From: Prorocentrum cordatum
Lineage: Eukaryota
DNA length: 56,738 bases
Direction of reading: 5' to 3'
Assembly: GCA_963575745.1 (NCBI GenBank)
Contig: CAUYUJ010000072.1
Span: 62,001 to 118,738, forward strand
In this document: piece after piece, positions 1 to 12,663 of the stretch
How the letters are laid out: each line of letters starts with the position of its first letter
How positions within the stretch are numbered: the stretch's first letter is position 1
Program-made: the position numbers and the translations under genes
Notes under the pieces: generated by a model
Seen by the model: only the letters and a program-made list of their open reading frames with translations
What the model was told of the DNA's origin: nothing
Databases searched by the model: none

Positions 1-513
1 GCCGCGCGAGCCTTCTGCGGAGCCCCCCGTGGGGCCACGAAGCGTGCGAGGGGTGTGCCCAAATGGCCGGGGGGACGCATGCGATTCCTGTCACACAGGC
101 CTTCGGTGGAGCTCCTGATGGGGCCACACAGCGTGTGAGTGGTGCTGACCTGGACGTGCGGAGGGCGTGGACGTGCGGAGGGCAGAGGCCGGGATGGGAG
201 GAGGGAGGAGGGAGGAGGCGAGGTGCGTGACGCGGGGCGCTGTCTTCTCGAAGCGAGGACCCACCCACCACCACAGGATGGTTGGGACACGGTGGACGGA
301 GACGTTGGAGGCGAAAGGGGGCAGAGAAGCCACGGGCAGGACGAGCAGGAAGCAACAAAGGGACATGAATCACGACCGCAGCAGGAGGAGCAGTGCGGAG
401 GAGGGGGTGGTGGCGCCAGGGCGGCAGAGGCGCACGAGTGGAGGCAGCGGTGACGGGGGCGGCGACAGTGGCCTACGATACGCTGCGGTGTCATTTTGTG
501 TTGCCTGTCTACC

Positions 514-726
514 ATGATGGGCCTGTTTTCCACCACCACCACCACCATAAGTTGGAGGAGGAGGGGGTCCTCCTCCTCATCCTCATCCTCCTCCTCCTCA
601 TCCTCCTCCCCATCATCATTATCCTCATCCTTATCCTCATCCTCGTCCTTCTCCTCCTCCTCCTCCTCCTCCTCCTCCTTCTCCTCTCCAACTTATGGTG
701 GTGGTGGTGGAAAACATGTCCATCAT
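514..726. mobile_element. MITE-like unit: ~42-bp inverted repeats around a (CCT/CAT)n core
   Basis: atgatgggcctgttttccacc...ataagttggag (514-557) is the reverse complement, with 2 mismatches and one CCA indel, of ctccaacttatgg...aaaacatgtccatcat (686-726). Confidence 0.6.
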
Positions 727-974
727 ACCAGCCAGCGAACATGTTGTTTGGGACATCGAGCTGTTCAACTCCCCCCGCTGGACGGACACAGATGCTTGGC
801 ATTGTAGCTTGAGCTTGGCGGGGGGATGGCCGAACACCCCCATGCAATCGGCATAATCAGCGCCGCACGTATGTATTCTTGACGCTTCGCATATCTCCAC
901 CAGCCCATGCAGAACCAGATCGCCAGGCGAGTTGCCGTGATCAGAGCACTGTAGAAGCATGCAGTGTGACAATT

Positions 975-1570
975 GCCTTGGAAGCGTTTTCTCGGAGGTC
1001 TCCTGGGGCCATCTTGGGACTCTCTGAGGGTCATCGCGGAGCCTCTTGGGGCACTCTTGAAGCCCTTTCTGAGCTTTCTTAAGGATTTCTTAGTGTTCTC
1101 TTGGGGCTCTTTGGGGGGGTCTGAGAGACCTCTTGGGGCCGCCTTGGGCCCCATGGCTCAACGAGAGGAGGGTAATGAATTCAGCCCTCCTGGAGGCTCA
1201 AACGTGATATCGTGATGCCTTCTTGGGGCGCTCTTGGGCTCGCTTGGGGCCCTCTTGGACCCCTCTTGGGGCTCTCTTCGGTCGTCTTGGGGCCACCTTG
1301 AGGGCTCAAGCGCCCATCGGAAGCGACAAGGCGAAACGGCAACCACTATTGATGTTCCATAGGTGTCTGAAGGATGTTGGTTTCTTCAGGGGACCTTGGA
1401 GTGCCCAGAGGGCACTTGAACACTTCTTGGGGGCGTCTTGAGGGAGGCCTCTTGGATGTGTGTCGGAGGCTATCTTGACTCATCTTGGGGTATCTTGAGC
1501 CATCTTGGAGGCCATCTTGAGCTCCCTGAGGCCCTCTTGGAGCCATCCTGGGCCACCTTGGGCGCTCAAA
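975..1570 (+). repeat. Dispersed ~11-nt-periodic tcttggggcc repeat family (other copies ~42260-42760, 44360-45050; inverted ~45850-46450, 47560-47880)
   Basis: Recurrent ctcttgggg/gccatcttg units with a shared core of the type gagcgtcgggaag...aatcaatgat. Confidence 0.7.
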
Positions 1571-1599
1571 CTACCCGCCCCCCCTTCCCCCCTCCCAGG

Positions 1600-1792
1600 C
1601 CCAGGGGAGGGGGTAGGGGGAGGGGTCAAGTTACCCCCTCCCCGCCCGCAAGCCGTCTCGCTCACTCCCACCCGCCCCCCGAAAAGGACAAATCTAGCAC
1701 CCGAGTGCTGTCCCGAGCCCTCAGCATATATTCTGCAGTCGCCTTGATGGGGCACTACTGGGGCCAATCCGCCCGCCGCCGACGCCGCCTCC

Positions 1793-1824
<32 letters not shown>

Positions 1825-4800
1825 CGCCGGCCGCCGCCCGCCGCCTGCCGCCGCCTCACAGCCGGCGCCGCCGCCCCGCCGCCGCCGCCGCCGTGCGCGC
1901 CGTTGCCCCCCGCCTGCCATACCGCCGCAAAAGCCCCCCCCCGTTGCCGCTGCCGCCACCCCTCCGCCGCCCGCCGCCCCCCGCCCCCGCCGGCCCCCGC
2001 CGCCGCCGCCGCCGCCCGCAGCCGCCGCAGCCGCCGCCACCCCGCGCCGCAGGCCGCCGCCCGCCGCCAAGTGTAACCTCTGCATTGGTGGTTTGACACG
2101 GATGGGTGGGGGGGGGCGCATCGGGTTGGCTGCGCATGTTCCGACCGAATTTGGGGACAGAGTGTGTTTTGTATTGTTTTTTACAAGGGATGGTGGGGAT
2201 GTCGGCATGGACCCTGGTTGGCCCCCAGTGGCCTCGGGGAGGGGGTGTTTATTAATAGGGAACAGTGATCAAGACCCCCTCCCCGCCCGCAAGCCGTCTC
2301 GCTCACTCCAACCCGCCCTCCCAACACATACGTAGCACCCGAGCCTGGCCCGAACCGCAGCATATTCAGCAGTCGTCTTTGGATGGGCATTTACTCGGGG
2401 GGCGAATCCGCGCGCCGCCGGCCGCCGCCTCCGTCGCCGCTGCCCCTCCGCCGCCGCCGCAGCCGCGGCCGGGCCGCCGCCGCCCAGCAGCTGTCCGCCG
2501 CCGCCGCAGCCGCGCCGCCCGCCGCCCCGCCGTCCGCCGCCGCCGCCGCCGCCGCGCCGCCCGCCGCCGCCGCCGCCGCCGCAGTCGTTCCGTTGCTATC
2601 CATCGGCCAGCGCCAGCCGTTGCCGAAGCGCAGTTCGCTGCGCCACCGCGGCCAGCCGCGACCCGCCGCCGCCGACCGCCACCAGCCGCCGCCACCGCCG
2701 CCCGCCACCGCCGCCGCTTCCGCCGCAGCCGCTGCCCTCCCAGCCCGCAAGTGAGAAGCCGGCGCCCGTTCCGCCGCCGCCAGTGTACTCTGGAATTGTT
2801 GTTTGACATGGGTGGTGGGGGGAGGCCGCATCGGTTCACACTGCGGCATACTGCTCCGCATTTGGAGACAGTGTTGGTTTTGCACTTTATTCTCTTGCGC
2901 AGGGTGTCTAGAGCTCCGACCACTTTATTTCGGCGTCGTCGTCGCTCCCCCCCCAGCTGCCTTGTGCCCTTCATGTGTCGCTATATGTGTCGCTGTGTGC
3001 CTTGTGCCCTTCATGTGCCGCTATATGTGTCGCTGTGTGTCGCTATGCGTCTCCATGTGTGCGTCGCTCTGTGTCGCTATGCGTCGGTATGCGTGTGTCG
3101 ATATATGTCTCTATATGTCGCTATGTGTCGACATGTGTCGCTACGTGTCGCCCCCCAGCACCAGAGCGCACCGCCCCCTCCGCCCCAACGACTTTATTTC
3201 GGCGTCGTCGTCGCCACCCCCCCCGTCTCCCTCTCCTCAGCAGCCCAGCGCGCTGCCCCCTCCGCCCCGACCACTTTATTTCGGCGTTGTGTCGACATGT
3301 GTCGCTACGTGTCGCTCCCCAGCACCCCAGCGCACGCACCGCCCCCTCCGCCCCGACGACTTTATTTCGGCGTCGTCCTCGCCCCCCCCGCCCCCCCCCT
3401 CTCTCTCCCTCTCCTCAGCCCCCCAATCGCGCGTCCCCCCCCCCGCCCACCACTTATTTCGGCGTGTGTCGACATGTGGTCGCTAATTTGTCGCTCCCCA
3501 GACACCCCAGCGCAGCTGCCCCCTCCGCCCCGACGACGTTATTTCTGGCGTCGTCCTCGCCCCCCCCCCCCCGCCTTCCCTCTCCCTCTCCTCACACCCA
3601 GCGCGCTGCCCCCGCCGGCCACGACCACATTATTTCCGCCGTCGTCGTCGACCCCCCCCCCCCGGTCCTTTTCCCCAGCTAAATGCACTATATACAGAAT
3701 GTTAGATTAGAAATGGAAAGTAAATTCGATAAAATATAAATGCAAAAAAAAAGAAAGCCCCAGCGCACCGCCCTCTCCGCCCCGACCACTTTATTTCGGC
3801 GTCGTCGTCGCCCTATTTCGGCGTTGTGTCGACATGCGTCGCTTTCCCCAGCAGCCCAGCGCACCGCCCTCTCCGCCCCGACGACTTTATTTCGGCGTCG
3901 TCGTCGCCCTATTTCGGCGTTGTGTCGACATGTGTCGCTATGTGTCGCTCCCCAGCACCCCAGCGCACCGCCCCCTCCGCCCCGACGACTTTATTTCGGC
4001 GTCGTCGTCGCCCCCACCCCCCCTCTCCCTCTCTCTCTCTCTCTCTCCTCGCTTCTCATCTTCTCTCTCTCTCTCTCTCTTCTCCTCAGCAGCCCAGCGC
4101 GCTGCCCCCTCCGCCCCGACCACTTTATTTCGGCGTTGTGTCGGCATGTGTCGCTATGTGTCGCTCCCCAGCACCCCAGCGCACCGCCCCCTCCGCCCCG
4201 ACGACTTTATTTCGGCGTCGTCGTCGCCCCCCCTCCCCCCCCCCTCTCCCCAGCAGCCCAGCGCGCCGCCCCCTTCGCCCCGACCACTTTAATTTTTCGC
4301 GGCGTCGTCGCCACCCCCCCCTGTTCCTTTTCCCAGCAGCAGCCCAATCCCAGCGCACGCCAACCCCTCCGCCCCGACCATTTTTTTCTCTTGCACAGGG
4401 TGTCTAGAGCTCCGGCCATTTTATTTCGCGTCGCTCCCCCCCCCCCCCGCGTCCTCAGCGCCAGAGTGGGGCCCCCGCGCCGTGGCTCTCTGCCCCAAAC
4501 CCCCCAGCGTCCCCAGCGCCCCAGCGGGGGCCCCGCCCACTGCCCCCTCCGCCACGAACGCTTTATCCCGCGTCGCCCCCCCCGCCCCCCCGCGTCCCCA
4601 GCGCCAGTGTGAGGCCCACGCGCCGTGGCTTTCTGCCCCGAGCCCACCGCGTCCCCAGCGCCCCAGCGGGGGCCCCGCCCACTGCCCCCTCCGCCACGAA
4701 CGGTTTCTCCCGCGTCGCAGCTCCCCCCCCTCCCCCGCGTCTCCAGCGCCAGTGTGGGACCCCTGCGCCGTGGCTCTCTGCCCCAAGCCCCACTGCGTCC

Positions 4801-7400
4801 CCAGCGCCCCAGCGGGGCCCCCGCCCACTGCCCCCTCCGACACGGACGCTGTATTACGCGTCGCACCCCCCCCCCTCCGCGTCCCCAGCGCCAGAGTGGA
4901 ACCCCCGCGCCGCGGTTCTCTGCCCAGAGCCCCCCCGCGTCCCCAGCGCCCCAGCGGGGGCCCCGCCCACTGCCCCTTCCGCCACTAACGCTTCATCCCG
5001 CGTCGCGCCGCACACCACCTCCCCCACCTCCCTCCCCGCGTCCCCAGCGCCCCAGTGGGGACTCCGCCCCGTGCCCCCTCCGCCCCGACAATTTTACTCC
5101 GCGTCGCGACGCACGCCACCTCCCCCCCTTCCCCCCCTTTCCCCAGCGCCCCAGTTGGACCCCCGCCCCGTGGCCCTCTGCCCCAAGCCCCGCCCAGTGC
5201 CCCCTCCGCCCCGACAGTTTATTCCGCGTCGCGGCACACACCACCACCCCTCCTCTCCGCGCCCCCAGCGCCCCAGTGGGACCTCCGCCCCGTGCTCCCT
5301 CCGCTCCGAGCATTGTATTCCGCGTCGCGACGCACGCCGCCTCCCCCACCCTCCCCACCTGGGACTTGGGCCCCGTTGGACTTGGGCCCCGTTGCTGGGC
5401 CCAGAGGGCGATGCTTTGCCCCCTCTCCTCCTCCTCCTCCTCCTCCTCCTCCTCCTCCTCCTCCTCCTCCTCCTCCTCCTCCTCCTCCTCCTCCTCCTCT
5501 TCCTCCTCCTCCCCCTTCCTTGTTGTGCAAGGGCTATGGCACACGTGCCACTTGTTTTACAAGGGATGGTGGGGGAGGGGGGCCGCATTGACCCTTGTTG
5601 GCTCCCAGTCGCCCGGGGGAGGGGGTGTATACTAATAGGGAACAGTGGTCAAGTTAGCCAGCTCGAGCGAGCCAGAGGGCTCCGTCCACCCCCACCCGCC
5701 CGCCCACAACATGAGAAGCAAGTGCGTCGCGTCCGACGCTTGTCGCTCATCTCATACCGTTGGTGGCTAGACGTTCGGCGCGACACTAGCTGCGTCCTAT
5801 TCCTGCCGCGTATTGAGCAAGCCGACGAGAAACAACACCGCGCGCGATGTACGCCGCGCAACGCTCCAGCCTCTCATGTTGCATCGTCGGCGACAACATG
5901 CCCAGCGCGCGAAGTGCGCCGTGCCTCATTCCAGCCACGCGCGTTGCACCGCCAAGATTCGCAGCGCCGACGAGGAGAATGTACATGTTGGCAAGAAGAA
6001 GGTCGACGTTGCGGCGTGTTTTTGGCAGGTGGGACGGGGGGTCCCGCGTAGGGTTGGCCAGGCGTCCGCGCGCGATGTGCGCCGCACCCCATTCCCGCTA
6101 CGCGATTCGCAGCGCCGACGAGGAGAAACTACATGCTGACAAGAAAAAAAGGTCGACGCTGCTGCGTTTTCTGACAAGTAGGACGGGGGGTCCCGCGTAG
6201 GGTTGGCCAGGCGTCCGCGCGCGATGTGCGCCGCGTCCCACTTTTGTTACACTGTTCGTAGCGTCGACGACAAGAAAGTCTATGTTGACGAGGAACACGT
6301 TGACTATGCATTGTTTCGTGATGGGTGGGACGCGACCACCCGCTTAGGGCTACCCAAGCGGTGTCCATCCCGCCGCGTTCCTGCTACATTTTTCGCAACT
6401 CGACGACATGTTGGCGAGACAAAATGTGAGTTTGTATTGTTAGTTGACAGTTCGGACGGCGGGGTTGCTATCGGCCGGCTGGGTGGGGATGTGGGGGTGT
6501 TGAATCATAGGACGTAAGGATCATTACTCTCCTAGATAGTAGCCGTCTAGCTCACTTCCATCTGCACCCCCAACACATCAGTAACACCCGAGCCTCAGCA
6601 TGTTCAGAGGTCGTCTTTGGAAGGACAACGATGGGAAGCCAAAGCCGACCCAATGTGCGCGACGCTGGGGCGAGGTGCGCCACGCGTACCAAGCGCGCCA
6701 CGCGCGCCAGGCTCCCTCTGGGGCCCGAGCGTGCCAGGCACGCCTAGTGCGCCAGATGCGCTACGTGCTCCACGTGCGCCAGGTGTGCCGCATAGTGCAG
6801 CCGCGCCAGGTGCACCACATTCGGGGCACGTTCAGGATGTGTCAGGTGCGCCTGCGCATGTGACAGCACATATCGGAAAAATGTCGGTCCCCACCATCAC
6901 TGTCGAAAACCAATACAAATCATTGCGTCTGTTGGGCCTGGACACAACAGGCCATGCGCCACCACCCCCGCCGTCCCTGTCAAAAACCAATTGACGGTGA
7001 TTGCGGGGTGGCCGCGCATGATCCAAATTCAGCCGCGAGGTGCATGTTGTATGGTTTTTGACATGGATGGTGGCCCTGCGCACAGCAGTTAATATGCTGA
7101 CGCCCCCGGCGTCCCTGTCAAAAACAATACAAAGTGCCCACGGGCCTCACGAGCATGATGCAAGACTTTACCGAAGTGTATCTTGTATTGTTGTGACAGG
7201 GATGGTGGTGGTGGGGACCCGCATCGGGTTGGTTGCGCAGGCTCCGAATTTGGAGGCAGATTGTGTTTTGTATGTTTTTTTTGACAGGGATGGTTGGGGG
7301 GTGGGGAGCATAGGGTCGGCATTGTTCCTGGTTGGCTGCCGGTCGCCTGGGGGAGGGTGTGTGTATTTTTTGGGAACAGTGATCAACCGCTCCCCCGAGC
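1600..7400 (+). repeat. Composite minisatellite region: (GCC)n tracts, cgaccactttatttcggcgtcgtcgtcgc units, ~140-bp ccccagcgcc units and a recurring gggaacagtgatcaa module
   Basis: Module recurs at ~2180-2300, ~5556-5650 and ~7280-7390; tttatttcggcgt units at 2917-4230; ~140-bp units at 4420-5340. Confidence 0.75.
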
Positions 7401-8069
7401 ATGGGAAGCAGGGGGCTTTGGCATAGAGATGACAACGTTGGTTGAACAACCTACACATTGTTCATTCCTAAGTATTCGGAAGTTCTTTGATGATTTGGGG
7501 GGCCAACATCCTCTCATTTCTAATTCGTCCAGGTCCGTCCTGGACCTCTTCCTGGCCACCGGGGGGCCAGGAACAATTCGACACGAGCACAATTAGAAAT
7601 GAGCACGATTAGAGATGAACGACGTGTACGCCCAGAGGGCTGGTGGGATTCGGCAGTGGCGTTGGTCAAATGTGCTTCACGGAAGAAACCTGCAGGTGTA
7701 AAGGAATTGACAGTAAGTTTTTCACAGCTGGCAGCAACTTCGCCCAACCCCAAGTTGGTCGACTCGGAACCTCAGTTGAAGGGAATCCGAGTCGATCCAG
7801 GCCGCCCAAATAGGGTCGGACCAAGCGCCGACGCATCAGCGATGCACCGCCGACGCATTGGCGATGCTTCGCGAGCTGGAGCTTGATCGCTTTTATCCGG
7901 GCATTGCAGATGCATCGCCGATACGCCGCAATCTTCAGGCCTTATCAGCCCCTGATCACATATGAGCGGCCTCCACTAGGTCCAGGCAGTAGCACATGCA
8001 ATAATATGGTGCGGGTTTGTTTGGCAGTGGGGCAGAGCCGTCACGTTCGCATAGCGAAAACCCCGCGAG

Positions 8070-8480
8070 GTGGAGCTGTTCCGCGGCGCAGGCAGTCCGC
8101 AGCAGTGGACGGCTGTCGTGAAAGGGAGCAAAGAGGATTTAAGTTTGCTGAGATTCAACGAGCACCTGCGTGGACTCGAGGTCGAGAGTGTGGACGCCCA
8201 GAAGCTGAAAGTTGTCGCGTCTATGCCCGGCTTGTCCGAGCTCGTTGGCGGCAGAAGTTATATAAGGCTGGAGGATTTGAAGGAGGGTGATTATATAGAC
8301 GGTGTAGTAAAGTTAGTATTGCCAAACGGTGGCGCGATCATCGACGTCGGCGCGAAGGTTGATGCCCTCCTGGTGGGTTCCACCAACGTCACGAAGCTGT
8401 TATACCGGTGCGACGAGCTCCACAACATGTCGGTGCTCGAAGTGTTTCCAGAGTCACAGAAGCTCTATGTATTCTTGAAA
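8070..8480 (+). CDS. Host gene exon: tandem S1 (OB-fold) RNA-binding domain protein
   Basis: RLEDLKEGDYIDGVVKLVLPNGGAIIDVGAKVDALL...MSVLEVFPESQKLYVFLK is an S1-like repeat preceded by half of another. Acceptor cgcgag|G; putative GA donor at 8481. Confidence 0.75.
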
Positions 8481-8699
8481 GAGCCGGCCGGTGCAGGCAG
8501 TGCGTTTGATTTATTTTTGTTGTTGCAGTAATTTGCTCTGTGTTACCTGTTAAGCCTTCAAAAGACTCATCTGTTGATGTGCTTGACCTCCTCGACGGCT
8601 TTGCTCATCTGCCTCATCTGCCTCATCGGCTGCCGCCTTTACTCATATCCTCCTACTGCTGCTGCTTTCCGCATCAGTGCCCCCAGTGCTGCTCTCACG

Positions 8700-8890
8700 A
8701 TTCAGGTGGTTACTACGATTACTATCAGTCTACGACAACTACTACTGCTACTACTACTGCGATTACTATTACTACTACTACAACTATCACTACTACTATT
8801 ATTACTACTACTACTACTACTACTCCTACGACTACGATTACCACTACTACTACTTCTACTACTACTACTACTATTACTACTACTACTACG

Positions 8891-8934
<44 letters not shown>

Positions 8935-8951
8935 CACTGCTACTACTACTG

Positions 8952-9015
<64 letters not shown>

Positions 9016-9362
9016 TATTACTACGACTACTACTACCACTACCACTACCACTACCACTACCACTACCACTACCACTACGACTACGACTACGACGACGCAT
9101 ACTACTACTACTACTACTACCACTACTACCACTACTACTACTACTACTGCTACTACTACTACTACATCTACTTCTTTTACTGCTGCGACTACCACCACCT
9201 ACGATTACTACCACAATTTCTGCTACTATTACGGTTACTACGACTACGATCATTATTACAACAACAACTATTTCTACAACTACTATTATTACTACTACTT
9301 TCACGGCGACCAGTACTACGATCACTACGACTACGACTACGACTACTACTTAATCTTGAATG

Positions 9363-9438
<76 letters not shown>

Positions 9439-9498
9439 TACTACCATGACTACTACTATTACTACTACTACTACTACTACTACTATTACTACTACTAT

Positions 9499-9567
<69 letters not shown>

Positions 9568-9720
9568 GACGACTATGCGCATTTTCCTATCACGACTATT
9601 GGTACTGCTAGAACGACTACTACTACCACTTTTACTACTGCTACTACTACTACTACTACTACGACGACGACTACTGCGACAGTTGCTACTATTATGATTA
9701 CTACGAGTGCTACCTATACG
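8700..9720. repeat. (TAC)n microsatellite, degenerate
   Basis: Direct reading. Confidence 0.95.
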
Positions 9721-9759
9721 ACCACCTTTCGGGTGATAAGGAGGTTCGGGGGAGGGGAG

Positions 9760-10830
9760 GAACCAACGTCTCACTCGACCGGTCTCCCTATCGATCTTAC
9801 GATCGATCTCACTATCGGTCTCGCTCGATCGATCCCACTCGGTCGATCTCATAATCGATATCACTCGGTCTATTTCATTCGATCGATCTCACAATCGATC
9901 TGAGTATCGATTTTATCTTCGATCTCACGGTTGATCTCCACTGTCGATCTCACAGTTGATCTCGCATTCGGTCTCACGATCGATCTCATTATCGATATCA
10001 CCATTGATCTCACAATCAACGTCATCATCATCAATATCTTCGCCATCAGCGTCGTAAACATAATCATCGTCATCGGGACACCATCATCATCAGCTCATCA
10101 CCGTCATCATCCGCATCATCATCATCGGGGCACCATCATCGTCACCATCATCACCAACACCATCATCATCGGGGCACCATCATCATTATCAGTATCACAA
10201 ACATTATTTTCATCATCATCATGGGGGCACCATCATCATCGTCACCATCATCATTATCAGCATCATCATCATCATCGGGGCACCATCGTCATTATCGACA
10301 TCAGCATCATCATCATCACCATCATTGGGACACCATCCTCAAAATCACCATCATCACCTCATCATCATCCTCATCATCAACATCGTCATCATCATCGGGT
10401 TACCATCATCGTCGTCACCATCACCACCATCCCATCAACATCATCGTCATGATCGGGACACTAGCATCTCCATCATCATTATCAAGAGCACCACCATCAT
10501 CCTGATCATCATCATCGGGACACCATCATCATCATGATCATCCTCATCATCATATCACCGTCACATCATTATCAACATCATCGTGATCATCAGCATCATG
10601 ATCACTCATCATCGTCATCGTCGGGGCACCATTACCATCATCAGCAACATCATCACCACCAACATCCTCATCGTCATCGGGACACCATCATCATCACCAC
10701 TATCACCATCGTCGTGATCATTATCATCAACAACTGCGTCAACATCAGCATCATCATCATCATCGGGAAACCATCATCAGCACCACCATGATTATCACCA
10801 ACATCATCTACATCATCAGCATCATCATCA
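9760..10830. repeat. ~12-bp tcgatctcac minisatellite followed by (ATC)n with catcggg(g/a)cac units
   Basis: Direct reading. Confidence 0.85.
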
Positions 10831-11035
10831 TCATCGGGACACCGACGGGGCACCGGCGGGACACCGGCGGGGCACCGCGCGGCACCGGCCCCCGGAGAGG
10901 AATCATTTGGTCCGGCCGCGCCTCAGCCGCAGGAGACTTTCTTCTCGCCCGCCCACGCAGCTTCGCCTCGCCCGCACACACGGCACGCACGAACACGAAA
11001 CCGAAACCGATTTCCCAGTAGGAAGGCTCTCCGTT

Positions 11036-11547
<512 letters not shown>

Positions 11548-11840
11548 GCCCACCCCCCCCTCAGGGGGACCCCCGACGACCATTCTATATGGGAAATACC
11601 GTATCGAAACCAATGTTTTCCTACACCGAAATTTACACAAATTTTAACAATGCAATCGGAACCCCATGCTGCACGCGCCCCCGCGCGCACGGCCCCCTGT
11701 ACACCATCAAGTGTACTCATGTAGACCTTCACGCCCTGAAGATCTTGTTGTCGCGGCAAAACGTGATCACGTCCCCCATGGCCTTGAACCTGTCCTCCAC
11801 GCCGATCCAATGGCACCACTGCCCCTCGCGCAGCGCCGTG

Positions 11841-12485
11841 GCACCCGAAGGGTTGGGCATCGCCGCCGAAAGAGTTGGGCATTGCACCCGAAGGGTTGGG
11901 CATTGCACCCGAAGGAGTTGGGCATTGCACCCGAAGGGTTGGGCATTGCACCCGAAGGGTCGGGCATTGCACCCGAAAAGGTTGGGCATTGCACCCGACG
12001 CAGTGGGCATTGCGCCCAGAAAGGAGTTGGGCATAGCAGCAGCATAGCAGCAGCATAGCAGCATAGCAGCAGCATAGCAGCAGCATAGCAGCAGCATGCA
12101 GCATAGCATAGCAGCAGCATGCCATCATCATACCAGCAGCATAGCAGCAGCATAGCAGCAGCATAGCAGCAGCATAGCATCAGCATCGCAGCAGCATAGC
12201 AGCAGCATAGCAGCATCACCACAGGGACGGGAAGGATACACCTCTGCTCTGTATCCTTTGGAAAGCACCACAAAAAGATTATATTGGAAAGCCTCACAAT
12301 AAGAACCCTTTGGAAAATGCTACGAAGGGTTCCTATTGGAAAGCATCACAAAGGGAATCCTTTGGAAAACTCCACAAAGAAACACCCAAAAGGAAGCTCC
12401 CGCCTGAGAGGTCCCCAAAAAAACACTCAAAACGAGGCTCCCGCCTGAGAGGTCCCCAAAAAACCAAAAGAAATCCAAGAGCCAC
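11841..12485 (+). repeat. Host composite repeat unit, copy 1 (21-22-bp gggcattgcacccgaa array, 11-bp catagcagcag array, palindrome left arm); continues at 28050 after the retroelement
   Basis: Same module order as 28405-29430. Confidence 0.9.
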
Positions 12486-12590
12486 TTGTATAGTCTGATT
12501 GGTTGTAGACTGCAGGTTAAGTGGGAGGGGGTGTGGGCTCAGGTAGCCATTTTGGGTCCGTAGCGTTCGGCTCTGGCCGACGCGCGGGTG
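12486..12590 (+). repeat. Split direct repeat A1 (105 bp)
   Basis: ttgtatagtctgattgg...cgacgcgcgggtg, identical by eye to 27699-27803. Confidence 0.97.
12543..12572 (+). other. Spliced-leader-like sequence in repeat A1 (also in A2, 27756-27785)
   Basis: gtagccattttgg is 13/13 identical to positions 4-16 of dinoSL DCCGTAGCCATTTTGGCTCAAG, followed by tccgtagc (SL positions 1-8) and gttcggctc. Confidence 0.7.
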
Positions 12591-12663
12591 TTCCGGGGGG
12601 CCGCGGGGCGGCCGCAACCACAGCCGTGCTAGTCCGCGGACTAGGTAGCGCGTCTGTGGTGCC

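Noticed and set aside
1438..6051. Many 200-480 aa Pro/Arg/Ala-rich ORFs
   Set aside because: Stop-poor GC-rich minisatellites; no domain motifs.
7610..7696. Possible upstream exon of the S1 gene ending CTGCAG|GT
   Set aside because: Phase is compatible but the peptide shows no clear S1 similarity and the acceptor is ambiguous.
8540..9903. Long poly-Thr/Tyr/Leu ORFs (also 10907-11548, 29758-34504)
   Set aside because: Translations of (TAC)n microsatellites, not genes.
11690..11845. Minus-strand protein-like snippet (WCHWIGVEDRFKAMGDVITFCRDNKIFRA)
   Set aside because: Too short, interrupted by a stop, and not assignable to any family.
11841..12035. gggcattgcacccgaa array (also 28405-28680) as a CRISPR array
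   Set aside because: 21-22-bp head-to-tail units with no unique spacers, no cas genes, eukaryotic context.
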